Positions 1-11,300 of a stretch of 64,000 bases of DNA are shown here, piece after piece (the stretch's first letter is position 1; each line of letters opens with the position of its first letter). Location of the stretch: positions 4,092,001 to 4,156,000 of the forward strand of contig OZ024744.1 in NCBI GenBank assembly GCA_964016885.1, in the 5' to 3' direction. Under the pieces are notes generated by a model. The model did no database searches and was not told the origin of the DNA. It worked only from the letters and a program-made list of their open reading frames with translations. The translations under genes were made by a program, and so were the position numbers. This DNA comes from Eledone cirrhosa (Eukaryota).

Positions 1-144
1 GATAGCTTGGTGAAGAACGAAGTTTTGAAGGAAGACAAGGTAGAGAAAGATAGCTTGGTGAAGAATGACGTTTTGTGGGAAGACAAGGTAGAGAAAGATA
101 GCTTGGTGAAGAACGAAGTTTTGAGGGAAGACAAGGTAGAGAAA

Positions 145-3100
145 GATAGCTTGGTGAATAACGAAGTTTTGGGGGAAGACAAGGTCGAAAAAGATAGCTT
201 GGTGAAGAACGAAGTTTTGAGGGAAGACAAGGTAGAGAAAGATAGCTTGGTGAAGAACGAAGTTTTGGGGGAAGACAAGGTAGAGAAAGATAGCTTGGTG
301 AAGAACGAAGTTTTGAGGGAAGACAAGGTAGCGAAAGATAGCTTGGTGAATAACGAAGTTTTGGGGGAAGACAAGGTCGAAAAAGATAGCTTGGTGAAGA
401 ACGAAGTTTTGAGGGAAGACAAGGTAGAGAAAGATAGCTTGGTGAAGAACGAAGTTTTGGGGGAAGACAAGGTAGAGAAAGATAGCTTGGTGAAGAACGA
501 AGTTTTGAGGGAAGACAAGGTAGCGAAAGATAGCTTGGTGAATAACGAAGTTTTGGGGGAAGACAAGGTAGAGAAAGATAGCTTGGTGAATAACGAAGTT
601 TTGGGAGAAGACAAGGTCGAGAAAGATAGCTTGGTGAAGAACGAAATTTTGAGGGAAGACAAGGTAGAGAAAGATAGCTTGGTGAATAACGAAGTTTTGG
701 GAGAAGACAAGGTCGAGAAAGATAGCTTGGTGAAGAACGAAATTTTGAGGGAAGACAAGGTAGAGAAAGATAGCTTGGTGAAGAACGACGTTTTGAGGGA
801 AGACAAAATAGAGAAAGATAGGTTGGTGAAGAACGACGTTTTGCGGGATGACAAGGTAGAGAAAGATGACTTGGTGAAGAACGAAGTTTTGGGGGAAGAC
901 AAGGTAGAGAAAGATAGCTTGGTGAAGAACGACGTTTTGAGGGAAGACAAGGTAGAGAAAGATAGCTTGGTGAAGAACGAAGTTTTGGGGAAGACAATGT
1001 AGAGAAAGATAGCTTGGTGAAGAACGAAGTTTTGGGGGAAGACAAGGTAGAGAAAGATAGCTTGGTGAAGAACGGAGTTCTGAGGGAAGACAAGGTAGAG
1101 AAAGATAGCTTGGTGAAGAACGACGTTTTGTGGGAAGACAAGGTAGAGAAAGATATCTTGGTGAAGAACGAAGTTTTGACGGAAGACAAGGTAGAGAAAG
1201 ATAGCTTGCGAAGAACGAAGTTTTGGGGGAAGACAAGGTAGAGAAAGATAGCTTGGTGAAGAACGAAGTTTTGTGGGAGGACAAGGTAGAGAAAGATAGC
1301 TTGGTGAAGAATGACGTTTTGTGGGAAGACAAGGTAGAGAAAGATAGCTTGGTGAAGAACGAAGTTTTGAGGGAAGACAAGGTAGAGAAAGATAGCTTGG
1401 TGAATAACGAAGTTTTGGGGGAAGACAAGGTCGAAAAAGATAGCTTGGTGAAGAACGAAGTTTTGAGGGAAGACAAGGTAGAGAAAGATAGCTTGGTGAA
1501 GAACGAAGTTTTGGGGAAGACAAGGTAGAGAAAGATAGCTTGGTGAAGAACGAAGTTTTGAGGGAAGACAAGGTAGAGAAAGATAGCTTGGTGAAGAACG
1601 ACGTTTTGTGGGAAGACAAGGTAGAGAAAGATAGCTTGGTGAAGAACGAAGTTTTGTGGGAAGACAAGGTAGAGAAAGATAGCTTGGTGAAGAACGAAGT
1701 TTTGGGGGAAGACAAGGTAGAGAAAGATAGCTTGGTGAAGAACGAAGTTTTGGGGGAAGACGAGGTAGAGAAAGATAGCTTGGTGAACAACGAAGTTTTG
1801 GGGGAAGACAAGGTAGAGAAAGATAGCTTGGTGAAGAACGAAGTTTTGGGGAAGACAATGTAGAGAAAGATAGCTTGGTGAAGAACGAAGTTTTGTGGGA
1901 AGACAAGGTAGAGAAAGATAGCTTGGTGAAGAACGAAGGTTTGAGGGAAGACAAGGTAGAGAAAGATAGCTTGGGGAATAACGAAGTTTTGGGAGAAGAC
2001 AAGGTAGAGAAAGATAGCTTAGTGAAGAACGACTTTTTGAGGGAAGACAAGGTAGAGAAAGATAGCTTGGTGAAGAACGAAGTTTTGGGGAAGACAATGT
2101 AGAGAAAGATATCTTGGTGAAGAACGAAGTTTTGACGGAAGACAAGGTAGAGAAAGATAGCTTGGTGAAGAACGAAGTTTTGGGGGAAGACAAGTTAGAG
2201 AAAGATAGCTTGGTGAAGAACGAAGTTTTGGGGAAAGACGAGGTAGAGAAAGATAGCTTGGTGAACAACGAAGTTTTGGGGGAAGACAAGGTAGAGAAAG
2301 ATAGCTTGGTGAATAACGAAGTTTTGGGAGAAGACAAGGTAGAGAAAGATAGCTTGGTGAAGAACGATGTTTTGAGGGAAGACAAGGTAGAGAAAGATAG
2401 CTTGGTGAAGAACGACGTTTTGAGGGAAGACAAGGTAGAGAAAGATAGCTTGGTGAAGAACGACGTTTTGTGGGAAGACAAGGTAGAGAAAGATAGCTTG
2501 GTGAAGAACGAAGTTTTGGGGAAGACAATGTAGAGAAAGATAGCTTGGTGAAGAACGAAGTTTTGGGGGAAGACAAGGTAGAGAAAGATAGCTTGGTGAA
2601 GAACGAAGGTTTGAGGGAAGACAAGGTAGAGAAAGATAGCTTGGTGAATAACGAAGTTTTGGGAGAAGACAAGGTAGAGAAAGATAGCTTGGTGAAGAAC
2701 GACTTTTTGAGGGAAGACAAGGTAGAGAAAGATAGCTTGGTGAAGAACGAAGTTTTGGGGAAGACAATGTAGAGAAAGATATCTTGGTGAAGAACGAAGT
2801 TTTGACGGAAGACAAGGTAGAGAAAGATAGCTTGGTGAAGAATGACGTTTTGTGGGAAGACAAGGTAGAGAAAGATAGCTTGGTGAAGAACGACGTTTTG
2901 TGGGAAGACAAGGTAGAGAAAGATAGCTTGGTGAAGAACGAAGTTTTGTGGGAAGACAAGGTAGAGAAAGATAGCTTGGTGAAGAACGAAGTTTTGGGGG
3001 AAGACAAGGTAGAGAAAGATAGCTTGGTGAAGAACGAAGTTTTGGGGGAAGACGAGGTAGAGAAAGATAGCTTGGTGAACAACGAAGTTTTGGGGGAAGA

Positions 3101-6100
3101 CAAGGTAGAGAAAGATAGCTTGGTGAAGAACGAAGTTTTGGGGAAGACAATGTAGAGAAAGATAGCTTGGTGAAGAACGAAGTTTTGGGGGAAGACAAGG
3201 TAGAGAAAGATAGCTTGGTGAAGAACGAAGTTCTGAGGGAAGACAAGGTAGAGAAAGATAGCTTGGTGAAGAACGACGTTTTGTGGGAAGACAAGGTAGA
3301 GAAAGATATCTTGGTGAAGAACGAAGTTTTGACGGAAGACAAGGTAGAGAAAGATAGCTTGCGAAGAACGAAGTTTTGGGGGAAGACAAGGTAGAGAAAG
3401 ATAGCTTGGTGAAGAATGACGTTTTGTGGGAAGACAAGGTAGAGAAAGATAGCTTGGTGAAGAACGAAGTTTTGAGGGAAGACAAGGTAGAGAAAGATAG
3501 CTTGGTGAATAACGAAGTTTTGGGGGAAGACAAGGTCGAAAAATATAGCTTGGTGAAGAACGAAGTTTTGAGGGAAGACAAGGTAGAGAAAGATAGCTTG
3601 GTGAAGAACGAAGTTTTGGGGGAAGACAAGGTAGAGAAAGATAGCTTGGTGAAGAACGAAGTTTTGAGGGAAGACAAGGTAGAGAAAGATAGCTTGGTGA
3701 AGAACGACGTTTTGTGGGAAGACAAGGTAGAGAAAGATAGCTTGGTGAAGAACGAAGTTTTGGGGGAAGACAAGGTAGAGAAAGATAGCTTGGTGAATAA
3801 CGAAGTTTTGGGGGAAGACAAGGTCGAAAAAGATAGCTTGGTGAAGAACGAAGTTTTGAGGGAAGACAAGGTAGAGAAAGATAGCTTGGTGAAGAACGAA
3901 GTTTTGGGGGAAGACAAGGTAGAGAAAGATAGCTTGGTGAAGAACGAAGTTTTGAGGGAAGACAAGGTAGCGAAAGATAGCTTGGTGAATAACGAAGTTT
4001 TGGGGGAAGACAAGGTCGAAAAAGATAGCTTGGTGAAGAACGAAGTTTTGAGGGAAGACAAGGTAGAGAAAGATAGCTTGGTGAAGAACGAAGTTTTGGG
4101 GGAAGACAAGGTAGAGAAAGATAGCTTGGTGAAGAACGAAGTTTTGAGGGAAGACAAGGTAGCGAAAGATAGCTTGGTGAATAACGAAGTTTTGGGGGAA
4201 GACAAGGTAGAGAAAGATAGCTTGGTGAATAACGAAGTTTTGGGAGAAGACAAGGTCGAGAAAGATAGCTTGGTGAAGAACGAAATTTTGAGGGAAGACA
4301 AGGTAGAGAAAGATAGCTTGGTGAATAACGAAGTTTTGGGAGAAGACAAGGTCGAGAAAGATAGCTTGGTGAAGAACGAAATTTTGAGGGAAGACAAGGT
4401 AGAGAAAGATAGCTTGGTGAAGAACGACGTTTTGAGGGAAGACAAAATAGAGAAAGATAGGTTGGTGAAGAACGACGTTTTGCGGGATGACAAGGTAGAG
4501 AAAGATGACTTGGTGAAGAACGAAGTTTTGGGGGAAGACAAGGTAGAGAAAGATAGCTTGGTGAAGAACGACGTTTTGAGGGAAGACAAGGTAGAGAAAG
4601 ATAGCTTGGTGAAGAACGAAGTTTTGGGGAAGACAATGTAGAGAAAGATAGCTTGGTGAAGAACGAAGTTTTGGGGGAAGACAAGGTAGAGAAAGATAGC
4701 TTGGTGAAGAACGGAGTTCTGAGGGAAGACAAGGTAGAGAAAGATAGCTTGGTGAAGAACGACGTTTTGTGGGAAGACAAGGTAGAGAAAGATATCTTGG
4801 TGAAGAACGAAGTTTTGACGGAAGACAAGGTAGAGAAAGATAGCTTGCGAAGAACGAAGTTTTGGGGGAAGACAAGGTAGAGAAAGATAGCTTGGTGAAG
4901 AACGAAGTTTTGTGGGAGGACAAGGTAGAGAAAGATAGCTTGGTGAAGAATGACGTTTTGTGGGAAGACAAGGTAGAGAAAGATAGCTTGGTGAAGAACG
5001 AAGTTTTGAGGGAAGACAAGGTAGAGAAAGATAGCTTGGTGAATAACGAAGTTTTGGGGGAAGACAAGGTCGAAAAAGATAGCTTGGTGAAGAACGAAGT
5101 TTTGAGGGAAGACAAGGTAGAGAAAGATAGCTTGGTGAAGAACGAAGTTTTGGGGAAGACAAGGTAGAGAAAGATAGCTTGGTGAAGAACGAAGTTTTGA
5201 GGGAAGACAAGGTAGAGAAAGATAGCTTGGTGAAGAACGACGTTTTGTGGGAAGACAAGGTAGAGAAAGATAGCTTGGTGAAGAACGAAGTTTTGTGGGA
5301 AGACAAGGTAGAGAAAGATAGCTTGGTGAAGAACGAAGTTTTGGGGGAAGACAAGGTAGAGAAAGATAGCTTGGTGAAGAACGAAGTTTTGGGGGAAGAC
5401 GAGGTAGAGAAAGATAGCTTGGTGAACAACGAAGTTTTGGGGGAAGACAAGGTAGAGAAAGATAGCTTGGTGAAGAACGAAGTTTTGGGGAAGACAATGT
5501 AGAGAAAGATAGCTTGGTGAAGAACGAAGTTTTGTGGGAAGACAAGGTAGAGAAAGATAGCTTGGTGAAGAACGAAGGTTTGAGGGAAGACAAGGTAGAG
5601 AAAGATAGCTTGGGGAATAACGAAGTTTTGGGAGAAGACAAGGTAGAGAAAGATAGCTTGGTGAAGAACGACTTTTTGAGGGAAGACAAGGAAGAGAAAG
5701 ATAGCTTGGTGAAGAACGAAGTTTTGGGGAAGACAATGTAGAGAAAGATATCTTGGTGAAGAACGAAGTTTTGACGGAAGACAAGGTAGAGAAAGATAGC
5801 TTGGTGAAGAACGAAGTTTTGGGGGAAGACAAGTTAGAGAAAGATAGCTTGGTGAAGAACGAAGTTTTGGGGAAAGACGAGGTAGAGAAAGATAGCTTGG
5901 TGAACAACGAAGTTTTGGGGGAAGACAAGGTAGAGAAAGATAGCTTGGTGAATAACGAAGTTTTGGGAGAAGACAAGGTAGAGAAAGATAGCTTGGTGAA
6001 GAACGATGTTTTGAGGGAAGACAAGGTAGAGAAAGATAGCTTGGTGAAGAACGACGTTTTGAGGGAAGACAAGGTAGAGAAAGATAGCTTGGTGAAGAAC

Positions 6101-7422
6101 GACGTTTTGTGGGAAGACAAGGTAGAGAAAGATAGCTTGGTGAAGAACGAAGTTTTGGGGAAGACAATGTAGAGAAAGATAGCTTGGTGAAGAACGAAGT
6201 TTTGGGGGAAGACAAGGTAGAGAAAGATAGCTTGGTGAAGAACGAAGGTTTGAGGGAAGACAAGGTAGAGAAAGATAGCTTGGTGAATAACGAAGTTTTG
6301 GGAGAAGACAAGGTAGAGAAAGATAGCTTGGTGAAGAACGACTTTTTGAGGGAAGACAAGGTAGAGAAAGATAGCTTGGTGAAGAACGAAGTTTTGGGGA
6401 AGACAATGTAGAGAAAGATATCTTGGTGAAGAACGAAGTTTTGACGGAAGACAAGGTAGAGAAAGATAGCTTGGTGAAGAATGACGTTTTGTGGGAAGAC
6501 AAGGTAGAGAAAGATAGCTTGGTGAAGAACGACGTTTTGTGGGAAGACAAGGTAGAGAAAGATAGCTTGGTGAAGAACGAAGTTTTGTGGGAAGACAAGG
6601 TAGAGAAAGATAGCTTGGTGAAGAACGAAGTTTTGGGGGAAGACAAGGTAGAGAAAGATAGCTTGGTGAAGAACGAAGTTTTGGGGGAAGACGAGGTAGA
6701 GAAAGATAGCTTGGTGAACAACGAAGTTTTGGGGGAAGACAAGGTAGAGAAAGATAGCTTGGTGAAGAACGAAGTTTTGGGGAAGACAATGTAGAGAAAG
6801 ATAGCTTGGTGAAGAACGAAGTTTTGGGGGAAGACAAGGTAGAGAAAGATAGCTTGGTGAAGAACGAAGTTCTGAGGGAAGACAAGGTAGAGAAAGATAG
6901 CTTGGTGAAGAACGACGTTTTGTGGGAAGACAAGGTAGAGAAAGATATCTTGGTGAAGAACGAAGTTTTGACGGAAGACAAGGTAGAGAAAGATAGCTTG
7001 CGAAGAACGAAGTTTTGGGGGAAGACAAGGTAGAGAAAGATAGCTTGGTGAAGAATGACGTTTTGTGGGAAGACAAGGTAGAGAAAGATAGCTTGGTGAA
7101 GAACGAAGTTTTGAGGGAAGACAAGGTAGAGAAAGATAGCTTGGTGAATAACGAAGTTTTGGGGGAAGACAAGGTCGAAAAATATAGCTTGGTGAAGAAC
7201 GAAGTTTTGAGGGAAGACAAGGTAGAGAAAGATAGCTTGGTGAAGAACGAAGTTTTGGGGGAAGACAAGGTAGAGAAAGATAGCTTGGTGAAGAACGAAG
7301 TTTTGAGGGAAGACAAGGTAGAGAAAGATAGCTTGGTGAAGAACGACGTTTTGTGGGAAGACAAGGTAGAGAAAGATAGCTTGGTGAAGAACGAAGTTTT
7401 GGGGGAAGACAAGGTAGAGAAA
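145..7422. repeat. Tandem higher-order duplication, 2 x 3639 bp (76 monomers, nine of them 47 bp)
   Basis: ORF starts pair at a constant 3639 offset: 1014/4653, 1223/4862, 1540/5179, 1875/5514, 2114/5753, 2545/6184, 2784/6423, 3167/6806, 3376/7015. 76x48-9=3639, and nine frame breaks lie in the first copy. The rare AAATATAGC variant is at 3541 and 7180. Confidence 0.93.
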
Positions 7423-8333
7423 GATAGCTTGGTGAAGAACGAAGTTTTGAGGGAAGACAAAGTAGAGAAAGATAGCTTGGTGAAGAACGAAGTTTTGTGG
7501 GAGGACAAGGTAGAGAAAGATAGCTTGGAGAAGAACGAAGTTTTGGGGGAAGACAAGGTAGATAAAGATAGCTTGGTGAAGAACGAAGTTTTGGTGGAAG
7601 ACGAGGTAGAGAAAGATAGCTTGGTGAACAACGAAGTTTTGGGGGAAGACAAGGTAGAGAAAGATAGCTTGGTGAAGAACGAAGTTTTGGGGAAGACAAT
7701 GTAGAGAAAGATAGCTTGGTGAAGAACGAAGTTTTGGGGGAAGACAAGGTAGAGAAAGATAGCTTGGTGAAGAACGACGTTTTGAGGGAAGACAAGGTAG
7801 AGAAAGATAGCTTGGTGAAGAACGAAGTTTTGAAGGAAGACAAGGTAGAGAAAGATAGCTTGGTGAAGAATGACGTTTTGTGGGAAGACAAGGTAGAGAA
7901 AGATAGCTTGGTGAAGAACGAAGTTTTGAGGGAAGACAAGGTAGAGAAAGATAGCTTGGTGAATAACGAAGTTTTGGGGGAAGACAAGGTCGAAAAAGAT
8001 AGCTTGGTGAAGAACGAAGTTTTGAGGGAAGACAAGGTAGAGAAAGATAGCTTGGTGAAGAACGAAGTTTTGGGGGAAGACAAGGTAGAGAAAGATAGCT
8101 TGGTGAAGAACGAAGTTTTGAGGGAAGACAAGGTAGCGAAAGATAGCTTGGTGAATAACGAAGTTTTGGGGGAAGACAAGGTAGAGAAAGATAGCTTGGT
8201 GAATAACGAAGTTTTGGGAGAAGACAAGGTCGAGAAAGATAGCTTGGTGAAGAACGAAATTTTGAGGGAAGACAAGGTAGAGAAAGATAGCTTGGTGAAG
8301 AACGACGTTTTGAGGGAAGACAAGGTAGAGAAA

Positions 8334-11300
8334 GATAGCTTGGTGAAGAACGAAGTTTTGAAGGAAGACAAGGTAGAGAAAGATAGCTTGGTGAAGAATG
8401 ACGTTTTGTGGGAAGACAAGGTAGAGAAAGATAGCTTGGTGAAGAACGAAGTTTTGAGGGAAGACAAGGTAGAGAAAGATAGCTTGGTGAATAACGAAGT
8501 TTTGGGGGAAGACAAGGTCGAAAAAGATAGCTTGGTGAAGAACGAAGTTTTGAGGGAAGACAAGGTAGAGAAAGATAGCTTGGTGAAGAACGAAGTTTTG
8601 GGGAAGATAAGGTAGAGAAAGATAGCTAGGTGAAGAACGAAGTTTTGAGGGAAGACAAGGTAGAGAAAGATAGCTTGGTGAAGAACGACGTTTTGTGGGA
8701 AGACAAGGTAGAGAAAGATAGCTTGGGGAAGAACGAAGTTTTGGGGGAAGACAAGGTAGAGAAAGATAGCTTGGTGAAGTACGAAGTTTTGGGGGAAGAC
8801 GAGGTAGAGAAAGATAGCTTGGTGAACAACGAAGTTTTGGGGGAAGACAAGGTAGAGAAAGATAGCTTGGTGAAGAACGAAGTTTTGGGGAAGACAATGT
8901 AGAGAAAGATAGCTTGGTGAAGAACGAAGTTTTGGGGGAAGACAAGGTAGAGAAAGATAGCTTGGTGAAGAACGAAGGTTTGAGGGAAGACAAGGTAGAG
9001 AAAGATAGCTTGGTGAATAACGAAGTTTTGGGAGAAGTCAAGGTAGAGAAAGATAGCTTGGTGAAGAACGACTTTTTGAGGGAAGACAAGGTAGAGAAAG
9101 ATAGCTTGGTGAAGAACGAAGTTTTGGGGAAGACAATGTAGAGAAAGATATCTTGGTGAAGAACGAAGTTTTGACGGAAGACAAGGTAGAGAAAGATAGC
9201 TTGGTGAAGAATGACGTTTTGTGGGAAGACAAGGTAGAGAAAGATAGCTTGGTGAAGAACGACGTTTTGTGGGAAGACAAGGTAGAGAAAGATAGCTTGG
9301 TGAAGAACGAAGTTTTGTGGGAAGACAGGGTAGAGAAAGATAGCTTGGTGAAGAACGAAGTTTTGGGGGAAGACAAGGTAGAGAAAGATAGCTTGGTGAA
9401 GAACGAAGTTTTGGGGGAAGACGAGGTAGAGAAAGATAGCTTGGTGAACAACGAAGTTTTGGGGGAAGACAAGGTAGAGAAAGATAGCTTGGTGAATAAC
9501 GAAGTTTTGGGAGAAGACAAGGTAGAGAAAGATAGCTTGGTGAAGAACGATGTTTTGAGGGAAGACAAGGTAGAGAAAGATAGCTTGGTGAAGAACGACG
9601 TTTTGAGGGAAGACAAGGTAGAGAAAGATAGCTTGGTGAAGAACGACGTTTTGTGGGAAGACAAGGTAGAGAAAGATAGCTTGGTGAAGAACGAAGTTTT
9701 GGGGGAAGACAAGGTAGAGAAAGATAGCTTGCGAAGAACGAAGTTTTGGGGGAAGACAAGGTAGAGAAAGATAGCTTGGTGAAGAACGAAGTTTTGGGGG
9801 AAGACAAGGTAGAGAAAGATAGCTTGGTGAAGAACGACGTTTTGAGGGAAGACGAGGTAGAGAAAGATAGCTTGGTGAAGAACGAAGTTTTGAGGGAAGA
9901 CAAGCTAGAGAAACATAGCTTGGTGAAGAACGATGTTTTGAGGGAAGACAAGGTAGAAAAAGATAGCTTGGTGAAGAACGACGTTTTGAGGGAAGACAAG
10001 GTAGAGAAAGATAGCTTGGTGAAGAACGACGTTTTGTGGGAAGACAAGGTAGAGAAAGATAGCTTGGTGAAGAACGAAGTTTTGGGGGAAGACAAGGTAG
10101 AGAAAGATAGCTTGGTGAAGAACGAAGTTTTGGGGGAAGACAAGGTAGAGAAAGAGAGCTTGGTGAAGAACGACGTTTTGATGAAAGACAAGGTAGAGAA
10201 AGATAGCTTGGTGAAGAACGAAGTTTTGGGGAAGACAATGTAGAGAAAGATAGCTTGGTGAAGAACGAAGTTTTGGGGGAAGACAAGGTAGAGAAAGATA
10301 GCTTGGTGAAGAACGAAGTTCTGGGGGAAGACAAGGTATAGAAAGATAGCTTGGTGAAGAACGAAGTTTTGGGAGAAGACAAGGTAGAGAAAGATATCTT
10401 GGTGAAGAACGAAGTTTTGACGGAAGACAAGGTAGAGAAAGATAGCTTGGTGAAGAATGACGTTTTGTGGGAAGACAAGGTAGAGAAAGATAGCTTGGTG
10501 AAGAACGAAGTTTTGTGTGAAGACAAGGTAGAGAAAGATAGCTTGGTGAAGAACGAAGTTTTGGGGGAAGACAAGGCAGAGAAAGATAGATTGGTGAAGA
10601 ACGAAGTTTTGAGGGATGACAAGGTAGCGAAAGATAGCTTGGTGAATAACGAAGTTTTGGGGGAAGACAAGGTAGAGAAAGATAGCTTGGTGAATAACGA
10701 AGTTTTGGGAGAAGACAAGGTCGAGAAAGATAGCTTGGTGAAGAACGAAATTTTGAGGGAAGACAAGGTAGAGAAAGATAGCTTGGTGAAGAACGACGTT
10801 TTGAGGGAAGACAAAATAGAGAAAGATAGGTTGGTGAAGAACGACGTTTTGCGGGATGACAAGGTAGAGAAAGATGACTTGGTGAAGAACGAAGTTTTGG
10901 GGGAAGACAAGGTAGAGAAAGATAGCTTGGTGAAGAACGACGTTTTGAGGGAAGACAAGGTAGAGAAAGATAGCTTGGTGAAGAACGAAGTTTTGGGGAA
11001 GACAATGTAGAGAAAGATAGCTTGGTGAAGAACGAAGTTTTGGGGGAAGACAAGGTAGAGAAAGATAGCTTGGTGAAGAACGGAGTTCTGAGGGAAGACA
11101 AGGTAGAGAAAGATAGCTTGGTGAAGAACGACGTTTTGTGGGAAGACAAGGTAGAGAAAGATATCTTGGTGAAGAACGAAGTTTTGACGGAAGACAAGGT
11201 AGAGAAAGATAGCTTGCGAAGAACGAAGTTTTGGGGGAAGACAAGGTAGAGAAAGATAGCTTGGTGAAGAACGAAGTTTTGTGGGAGGACAAGGTAGAGA

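Noticed and set aside
167-175. TTTTGGGG (ciliate-type telomere unit) in many monomers and TTTTAGGG in a variant (e.g. about 23683)
   Set aside because: It occurs once per 48 bp, never in tandem, and overlaps the most variable site of the monomer. This is not a telomeric tract.
985-1002. Programmed ribosomal frameshifting at the TTTTGGGG-AAG sites to rejoin plus-strand ORFs
   Set aside because: There is no canonical X XXY YYZ slippery heptamer with a downstream structure, the C-poor strand has little pairing potential, dozens of successive shifts would be needed, and true in-frame stops also occur.
961-1008. Frameshifts as homopolymer sequencing errors hiding one giant intact ORF
   Set aside because: The indels are linked to specific substitutions, include non-homopolymer types (TTGCG, GAATAGAT, GGTAATAG, ACAAGTAG) and recur at matching positions in duplicated blocks. 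Only singletons such as G6 at about 55072 and the deletions at about 26899 and 40070 could be errors.
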